Assembly (NCBI GenBank): GCA_937872985.1 | Contig: CALMUW010000043.1 | Coordinates: 1,945-65,944 of the forward strand | Length of the DNA stretch: 64,000 bases | Reading direction: 5' to 3' | Origin: an uncultured Alphaproteobacteria bacterium | GTDB taxonomy: Bacteria > Pseudomonadota > Alphaproteobacteria > Rhizobiales > Aestuariivirgaceae | Shown: positions 57,983 to 64,000 of the stretch, one piece after another | Layout: each line of letters begins with the position of its first letter | Numbering within the stretch: position 1 is the stretch's first letter | Program-made: the position numbers and the translations under genes | Notes under the pieces: model-generated | The model's database searches: none | The model's input: the letters and a program-made list of their open reading frames with translations, nothing else | Told to the model about the DNA's origin: nothing

Positions 57983-58213
57983 TCAAAGGTCAAGCCGTTC
58001 CGGTGAAATTTCCTCATAGAGCAGGCGGGCCTCCGGCGCGGGGCCCCGGCGCAGGGCTTCGGCCAGAACCCTGACCACGCGCGGGCCGCCCGGCAACACC
58101 AGGGTCAGCACATCGCCCGGGCGCACACCGTGGGCCGGTTTTTCCACCCGGCAGCGGTTAAGGCGCACGGCCCCTTCGGCAATCAAGGCCACGGCCCGGC
58201 TCCGGTGCTTCAC
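57983..58213 (-). CDS. S4-domain RNA-binding protein (Hsp15-like); true start probably upstream
   Basis: The tracked ORF starts at the GTG at 58213. The S4 hallmark RLDHWLTCARF is encoded in frame just upstream (58214-58246), with no ATG/GTG/TTG available. A CTG lies at 58255. Confidence 0.7.
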   Translation of the reverse strand: MKHRSRAVALIAEGAVRLNRCRVEKPAHGVRPGDVLTLVLPGGPRVVRVLAEALRRGPAPEARLLYEEISPERLDL

Positions 58214-58251
58214 GAAGCGGGCGCAGGTGAGCCAGTGGTCGAGGCGCTGAC

Positions 58252-61200
58252 TCAGCTTTTGTCCTGAGTCATCTGGGCCTTCAGCGCTTCCAGCACGGCG
58301 AAGGGCGACAGGGGATCAGCCTTCTTTTCCTGGCGCGGTGGATGGGCCTCGATCACCCGGGGGCCACGGTCGTCGCGGCGGTCGTCGCGCTGGCGGGGCT
58401 TGCCATGGCGGTGGGGCTTGCGCTCACCCTCGGGGCGCCCTTCGCCTTCCGGCCGGGGCGGACGGGGGAAGCGCGGCCGGTCGGGGCGCGGCGGGCGGTC
58501 GGCCTTGACCTCAGTCCCTTCCGTGGCACCGCCCTCGGCGGGCTTTTGCGCCGCGCCGTGATGGTGATGGCGGCGGCGGTGAGTGCCATGCGGCGGTCTT
58601 GCCCCATCGCCGGGGCGCTCGGGCCGGGGGCGGAAGGGGCCGGTGTCCTTGGGCCACCAGACCTGAAGCTCGATGAAGTCCGGCTCGGCAGGAGTTTCGG
58701 CTGCGGGTGCCGCCGCCACTGGTTCTGCCGGTGCGGCTTCGGCGGCCAGGGCCTCGGCAGCCTCCAGCGGGGCTTCAGCGGGGGCTTCAGTTGCAACAAC
58801 GGTTTCAGCCGGTGTTTCCACCACCGGCGCTTCCGTTCCCGCTTCAACCGTCTCCGGCGCGGCGGCTTCAACGGCTGCCTCAGCAGCGGCGGGTGTGGCT
58901 TCAACCTCGGCGGGCTTGGGCGCGGTCTTCTTCACCCGCTTGGTCTGGGCGCGGAAGCCGAGGCTCCGGAGAATGCCTTCGAACTCCTCGCCGGAACAGC
59001 CCACCAGCGACATCATGTCGGCCACGATGGTGAAGCCGCCGCCTTCGACCGAGCCATTGGGGCGCGGTTCCTCGGGCACACGGGGCCGCCAGAAGACACG
59101 GTCGCGGATGACATCGGCGAGACGCTCCAGCATGTCCACCCGCACGGCGCGGGGGCCGCAGACCCGGAAACCGGAAACGCGGTAGAAGCCCTCCGGCGCA
59201 TCGCCCTCCACATGGGCCGAGGTGAGGCCCTGGCCGGGCGGCTGCGGCAGCAGCGTTGCCGGATTTTCCTTCCGGGCGGCCAGCCACCACAGCAGCAGGC
59301 GCAGATCGGTGGGCGCGGGCTTGAGCAAGGCGGGCAGGAAAATGTGGAAGGCGCCAAAGCGCACACCGAACTTGCGCAGGTTGGCGCGGTCGTCCTGCGA
59401 CAGGGCCTTCACATCCTCGGTCACCGTCTCGCGCGCCAGAACGCCGAGGCTTTCCACCAGACGGAAGGCCATGCCGCGGGCCAGACCTTCCAGCCCTTCG
59501 CCTTCGGCCAGTTTCTGCAAGGGCTCGAGCAGGGCGGTCACATGACGATCGACAAATTTCTGGAGCCGCGCCTTCACCTCGTCCCTGGCCGGCCCGGCCA
59601 GCGCCTCATCGGCCAGAACCTCGGCGCGCAATTGCAACATGCCGTCGCCCGGCTGCACCTCGCCCACGGCGGCGTGGTGCCAGATGATCTTGCCGTCGCG
59701 GCTGAGCTTGAGATCGGTATCGGCAGAGGCCGCAAGGCTTGTGGCGCGGGCCTGGATTTCCTGGGCCACGGCCTGTAGCGCAGCCTGCTTGGCCAGCCTG
59801 CCGCTGTCGCCTGCCAATTCGGGTGCGGGAATGAAACTCAGGCCTTCAACGCGACCCAGGGCTTCGCCCTCGACCACCACGGAACCGTCACTCTCGACAC
59901 TCGACATCAACTCTTCCTTCTGCGCCAGACGGCGCATCAATACACTGGTTCGGCGATCAATGAAACGCTGGCTCAAGCGTTCATGCAGGGCATCGGACAG
60001 GCGATCCTCAATTTCACGGGTGCGGGCCTGCCAATAGAGGGGGGCCTCCAGCCAGGTGCCGCGGTTGGCAAGATAGGTCCAACTGCGGACATGGGCAATG
60101 CGCGCCTGCAGGGTATCAATGTCGCCGTCATAATTTTCGCAGGAACGGAGCTGGCGGGCAAACCAGTCTTCGGGGATGAGGCCGGAGGACGATTGCAGGA
60201 ACTGGATGACGCGGCAGACCAGCGCGCCATGTTCGGCCTCGGAGATGTTGCGGTAATCCGGGATCTGGCAGACCTCCCAGGCCAGTTCCACCTCCCGGGG
60301 TGTTGTAACCAGGCGAGCGGTGTCGGCATCGCGCAAGACCTGATCCAGTGCCAGCACATCGGGGGCGGACTGGGCGCGGGTCAGGCCCTCCTGCTTCGGC
60401 AGTTGGCCCAGCGACTTGCGCAGGCCGTCCAGCGAGCGGAAGTCAAGCTCGCGGTTGCGCCATTGCAGGGCGCGCACCGGATCGAAGTCGTGGGATTCCA
60501 GCCGGTCGATCGTTTCCTGGTCGAAGGGATCGGCCTCGCCGGTCACGCCGAAGGAGCCGTCATTCATGTAGCGCCCGGCGCGGCCCGCCACCTGGCCGAG
60601 TTCGCCGGGGTTGAGGCTGCGGAACTGGAAACCGTCGAACTTGCGGGTGGCGGCAAAGGCCACATGGTCCACGTCCATGTTCAGCCCCATGCCGATGGCG
60701 TCGGTGGCGACGATGTAATCGACCTCGCCCGACTGATAGAGCGAGACCTGGGCGTTGCGGGTGCGGGGGGAGAGGGCCCCCATGACCACGGCGGCCCCGC
60801 CACGCTGGCGGCGGATCAACTCGGCCACGGCATAGACCCGATCGGCCGAGAAGGCGACCACGGCGGAGCGGCGCGGCAGGCGGGTCAACTTCTTCTGTCC
60901 GGCATAGGTAAGGCGGGAAAAGCGCGGGCGCGACACGAAGGTCACACCCTTCAGGAGCTTATCCAGCATGGGGCGCATGGTGGCGGCCCCCAGCACCATG
61001 GTTTCCTCGGTGCCGCGCCGGTTCAAAAGGCGGTCGGTGAAAATGTGGCCGCGTTCAAAGTCGGCGGCCAGTTGAATCTCGTCGATGGCCAGGAAGGGCA
61101 CCGCCACATCGGGCGGCATGGCCTCCACCGTCGCCACCCAATAGCGCGGCTTGGCCGGGATGATCTTTTCCTCGCCGGTGACCAGTGCCGTGGCGGCATC

Positions 61201-61377
61201 GCCGGCGCGCAGGCGCACCCGGTCATAGATCTCGCGCGCCAGAAGCCGGAGCGGCAGGCCGATCATGCCGGCGCCATGGGCCAACATGCGCTCCACCGCC
61301 AGATGGGTCTTGCCGGTATTGGTGGGTCCGAGAACGGCGGTGACGCCGTGGCCGGGGGTTGCGGGGCGGGAGGCCAT
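58252..61377 (-). CDS. SUV3-like superfamily-2 helicase with a long low-complexity C-terminal tail
   Basis: 1041 aa. Walker A GPTNTGKTH, motif II AIDEIQL, QVAGRAGR. The C-terminal ~250 aa run from an Ala/Glu/Pro-rich stretch to an Arg/Pro/His-rich stretch. Confidence 0.85.
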   Translation of the reverse strand: MASRPATPGHGVTAVLGPTNTGKTHLAVERMLAHGAGMIGLPLRLLAREIYDRVRLRAGDAATALVTGEEKIIPAKPRYWVATVEAMPPDVAVPFLAIDEIQLAADFERGHIFTDRLLNRRGTEETMVLGAATMRPMLDKLLKGVTFVSRPRFSRLTYAGQKKLTRLPRRSAVVAFSADRVYAVAELIRRQRGGAAVVMGALSPRTRNAQVSLYQSGEVDYIVATDAIGMGLNMDVDHVAFAATRKFDGFQFRSLNPGELGQVAGRAGRYMNDGSFGVTGEADPFDQETIDRLESHDFDPVRALQWRNRELDFRSLDGLRKSLGQLPKQEGLTRAQSAPDVLALDQVLRDADTARLVTTPREVELAWEVCQIPDYRNISEAEHGALVCRVIQFLQSSSGLIPEDWFARQLRSCENYDGDIDTLQARIAHVRSWTYLANRGTWLEAPLYWQARTREIEDRLSDALHERLSQRFIDRRTSVLMRRLAQKEELMSSVESDGSVVVEGEALGRVEGLSFIPAPELAGDSGRLAKQAALQAVAQEIQARATSLAASADTDLKLSRDGKIIWHHAAVGEVQPGDGMLQLRAEVLADEALAGPARDEVKARLQKFVDRHVTALLEPLQKLAEGEGLEGLARGMAFRLVESLGVLARETVTEDVKALSQDDRANLRKFGVRFGAFHIFLPALLKPAPTDLRLLLWWLAARKENPATLLPQPPGQGLTSAHVEGDAPEGFYRVSGFRVCGPRAVRVDMLERLADVIRDRVFWRPRVPEEPRPNGSVEGGGFTIVADMMSLVGCSGEEFEGILRSLGFRAQTKRVKKTAPKPAEVEATPAAAEAAVEAAAPETVEAGTEAPVVETPAETVVATEAPAEAPLEAAEALAAEAAPAEPVAAAPAAETPAEPDFIELQVWWPKDTGPFRPRPERPGDGARPPHGTHRRRHHHHGAAQKPAEGGATEGTEVKADRPPRPDRPRFPRPPRPEGEGRPEGERKPHRHGKPRQRDDRRDDRGPRVIEAHPPRQEKKADPLSPFAVLEALKAQMTQDKS

Positions 61378-61918
61378 GATCGCCTTTATTTAGGTGAGAC
61401 CCGGCCAAAAATCATCAGGGGGCAGCAGGTTTTGGGAAAGGCCGGATGACCCTGGCACTGTGCCATTCCGGGGCGGCGGAGAAAGGTCTGGATTCAAGCG
61501 TGAACGAAGCAGGCCCGAATCGCTGATGACCGGCGATTCATGAATTGTTCCAAGGGGTTTGGCAGGTTTTGCTCAAGGGCTGGTGCGGCGAGTCCCGGCT
61601 CTCATGGGCCATACCGGGTCGATGTGGTTAACCATGGCGGGGCGAAGATTAAGTGCTCCTTGCGGGCAAGATTCAAAGTTTATCCGCCACGTTAAGAAAG
61701 CGTTCCAGGCGAGAACGGAGCGCGCCCGAATCGCGGCCCTGGGGATATTCCCGCTTTGTTCACGCAAGGGCTTGTGAGGGCTTGGGTGCCAGACCACAAG
61801 ACGCGGCTGAATGAGGTGGTTGAGGGTGGTAAGAAGTCATGATTTCCCGGCGCGGCGTTAACCAATCTGTGCCAAAGCGGGAATGGGTGACGGCCCCGGT
61901 TATTTTTGCCGCTTCGGC

Positions 61919-61947
61919 TTGACCGCGCGTCATGTGCCCCCTATAGA
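61919..61947 (+). promoter_or_regulatory. Sigma-70-type promoter candidate for rpmB
   Basis: TTGACC (61919-61924), a 17-nt spacer, then TATAGA (61942-61947), 63 nt upstream of the rpmB ATG. Confidence 0.55.
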
Positions 61948-62009
61948 ACCCGCCAACCGTGCTGGCGCCCTGGGGCTGCCGGCTTTCCCAATTTGACGGA
62001 GTATTTGAA

Positions 62010-62306
62010 ATGGCTCGGCGTTGTGAGTTTACGGGCAAGGGCGCTCTGGTGGGCAATAATGTCTCCCACGCCAACAACAAGACCAAGACGCGGTTCATGC
62101 CGAACCTGTGCAATGTCTCGCTGATGAGCGACGCCATGGGCCTGTCCTATCGCTTCCGCATCTCCTCCATCGCGCTCAAGTCGGTGGAGCATCGCGGCGG
62201 GCTCGACGCCTTCCTGCTCAAGGCCAGTGACTGCGAGCTGTCGGAGAAGGCACTGAAGCTGAAGCGCGCCATCGCCAGGAAAGTGGAAGCCCAGAAGGCC
62301 GCCTGA
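62010..62306 (+). CDS. rpmB: 50S ribosomal protein L28
   Basis: Trimmed to the ATG at 62010. [33 protein letters not shown] is canonical L28 (98 aa). Confidence 0.95.
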   Translation: MARRCEFTGKGALVGNNVSHANNKTKTRFMPNLCNVSLMSDAMGLSYRFRISSIALKSVEHRGGLDAFLLKASDCELSEKALKLKRAIARKVEAQKAA

Positions 62307-62330
62307 TTTTTTTGCTGCCATGAATTTGCG

Positions 62331-62360
62331 AAAGCCACTCCTGACGGGGTGGCTTTTTTG
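62331..62360 (+). terminator. Rho-independent terminator after rpmB
   Basis: AAAGCCACTCC-tgac-GGGGTGGCTTT followed by TTTTG. Confidence 0.85.
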
Positions 62361-62374
62361 TTAGGCTCAACCCC

Positions 62375-63031
62375 ATGAGTGATGAACCGCAAACGGTGCC
62401 GAAACGCCATTCGCCGCGCGCGGCACGCGACGGGGTGCCCCGCGTTCATGCCACGGCGCAACTGCGCGACTGCGTGCTCGGGCGCTTCACCGATGTGGCC
62501 GAGCGCGTGGTCATGGCGGAGTGCACGCTGGGCGACTACTCCTATGTCGAGCGCGGCGTGGAGGCCATCTACACCGACATCGGCAGGTTCTGCGCCATTG
62601 CCGCCAATGCCCGGATCAATGCGCTGGAGCATCCCATGGAGCGGGTGAGCCAGCACAAGATCACCTATCGGCCCAACGAATATTTTCTCGACGCCAGAAT
62701 CGACAAGGCCTTCCGGGCACGGCGGCAGGCGGCGCGGGTGGTGATCGGCCATGATGTCTGGGTGGGCCATGGCGCCATCATCATGCCCGGCATCGCGGTG
62801 GGGCATGGCGCGGTCATTGCGGCTGGGGCGGTGGTGACCAGGGATGTGGCGCCCTATGCGGTTGTCGCCGGGGTTCCGGCGCGGCGGCTCAGGTGGCGGT
62901 TCGGCAAGAAGATCCGTGAACGGATCATGGCGCTCGGCTGGTGGGCGTGGGAGCACGATCGCCTGGCCGCCGCCATGGCCGACATGCAGGCGCTCAGCCC
63001 CAAGGCCTTTCTGGAAAAGTATGAGGCCTGA
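62375..63031 (+). CDS. Hexapeptide-repeat (left-handed beta-helix) acetyltransferase, CatB/Vat-like
   Basis: 218 aa. VIGHDVWVGHGAIIMPGIAVGHGAVIAAGAVVTRDVAPYAVVAGVPARRLRWRF shows the hexapeptide periodicity. Confidence 0.7.
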   Translation: MSDEPQTVPKRHSPRAARDGVPRVHATAQLRDCVLGRFTDVAERVVMAECTLGDYSYVERGVEAIYTDIGRFCAIAANARINALEHPMERVSQHKITYRPNEYFLDARIDKAFRARRQAARVVIGHDVWVGHGAIIMPGIAVGHGAVIAAGAVVTRDVAPYAVVAGVPARRLRWRFGKKIRERIMALGWWAWEHDRLAAAMADMQALSPKAFLEKYEA

Positions 63032-64000
63032 TCACGCCCGCTTTTTCAGGCGCGGGGCGGGGCGTTCGTCGCCCGCGTTATCTTCGAAGAGTTCCGCCAG
63101 TTTCTCGGTCATGGCGCCGCCCAGTTCCTCGGCATCCACAATGGTGACGGCCCGGCGGTAATAGCGCGTGACGTCATGGCCGATGCCGATGGCGATCAGT
63201 TCGATGGGCGAGCGGCCCTCGATGTCGGCGATGACCTGACGCAGATGGCGTTCCAGATAGTTGCCGGAATTGACCGAGAGGGTTGAATCATCAACCGGCG
63301 CGCCGTCGGAAATGACCATGAGGATGCGGCGCTGCTCGGGCCGGGCCAGCAGCCGGTTATGGGCCCAGATCAGGGCCTCGCCGTCGATGTTCTCCTTCAG
63401 CAGGCCCTCGCGCATCATCAGGCCCAGATTGCGGCGCGACCGCCGCCAGGGCTGGTCGGCGGATTTGTAGATGATGTGGCGGAGGTCATTGAGGCGGCCC
63501 GGATTGGTGGGCTTGCCCGCCTGCAACCAGGCCTCACGCGATTGACCGCCCTTCCAGGCGCGCGTGGTGAAGCCCAGGATTTCCACCTTGACGCCGCAGC
63601 GCTCCAGCGTGCGGGCGAGGATATCGGCACAGGTGGCGGCGACCGTGATGGGGCGGCCGCGCATGGACCCGGAATTGTCGAGCAGCAGGGTCACCACCGT
63701 GTCGCGGAACTTGGTGTCCTGCTCCATCTTGAAGGCCAGCGGCGCGGTGGGATCGATGATGATGCGCGGCAGACGGGCGGAGTCGAGAATGCCTTCCTCG
63801 AGGTCGAAGTCCCAGGACCGGTTCTGCTTGGCCATGAGGCGGCGCTGCAACCGGTTGGCCAGGCGCGCCACCACGCCCTGAAGATTGGAAAGCTGCTTGT
63901 CGAGATAGTTGCGCAGGCGCGACAATTCCTCGCTGTCGCAGAGGTCCTCGGCGGCGATCTCCTCGTCGAAGCGGTTGCTCCAGACCTTGTAGAAGTGATC
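63032..64000 (-). CDS. cobT: Cobaltochelatase subunit CobT (C-terminal vWA part; 5' end outside the window)
   Basis: The frame stays open to base 64000. vWA/MIDAS motif [13 protein letters not shown] and CobT-like [17 protein letters not shown]. Confidence 0.8.
   Translation of the reverse strand, partial: DHFYKVWSNRFDEEIAAEDLCDSEELSRLRNYLDKQLSNLQGVVARLANRLQRRLMAKQNRSWDFDLEEGILDSARLPRIIIDPTAPLAFKMEQDTKFRDTVVTLLLDNSGSMRGRPITVAATCADILARTLERCGVKVEILGFTTRAWKGGQSREAWLQAGKPTNPGRLNDLRHIIYKSADQPWRRSRRNLGLMMREGLLKENIDGEALIWAHNRLLARPEQRRILMVISDGAPVDDSTLSVNSGNYLERHLRQVIADIEGRSPIELIAIGIGHDVTRYYRRAVTIVDAEELGGAMTEKLAELFEDNAGDERPAPRLKKRA

Noticed and set aside
58342-61449. Two long plus-strand ORFs (478 and 488 aa)
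   Set aside because: Both are antisense to the SUV3-like helicase and have Gly/Ala/Arg-rich artefact compositions.

Overview
High-GC alphaproteobacterial chromosome segment; hand-counted 60-nt lines give about 60-68% GC. The gene orders lnt-XRE-metK-trmB, rimP-nusA-ylxR-infB-rbfA-truB-rpsO-pnp and carD-fdxA-S4-SUV3-like helicase fit Rhizobiales/Hyphomicrobiales-type genomes. Left third: a potABCD-like polyamine importer, a GntR/HutC regulator, an aminotransferase, a 1145-aa LplT-PlsC-Aas triple fusion, a HAD hydrolase and dppABCDF. Middle: the conserved transcription/translation cluster, interrupted between trmB and rimP by a DUF433/DUF5615 toxin-antitoxin-like pair. After that come housekeeping and signalling genes: extensin-like protein, PfkB kinase, alpha/beta hydrolase, cytochrome c', REC-Hpt, upp, VOC, GGDEF-EAL and hisC. 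The outstanding feature is a ~15.3 kb integrative element (40589-55864) that split a tRNA-Arg(CCT) gene inside its 7-nt anticodon loop. The junctions do not rebuild the tRNA; instead the element carries its own complete, slightly diverged tRNA-Arg(CCT). Its high-GC left part looks like a phage satellite: P4-type integrase, two AlpA/Xis-like HTH paralogs, a PrimPol-PriCT-helicase replicase with putative iterons directly downstream, a terS-like gene and an HK97 gp10-like gene, but no capsid or tail genes. It also carries two low-GC cargo modules (about 40-50% GC in sampled lines). One is a solitary DUF3800-like gene. The other is a translationally coupled four-gene operon (55587 down to 50643, minus strand): SMC/Rad50-like ABC ATPase with a Cys4 knuckle in its coiled coil, a 201-aa adaptor, a PD-(D/E)xK nuclease, and a DNA methyltransferase with motif I before SPPY. 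I regard this operon as the best candidate for an undescribed defence system: a Lamassu/ABC-3C-like core joined to a modification enzyme. No rRNA, CRISPR array or transposase was seen. Many long ORFs in the track are antisense artefacts of the high GC content.
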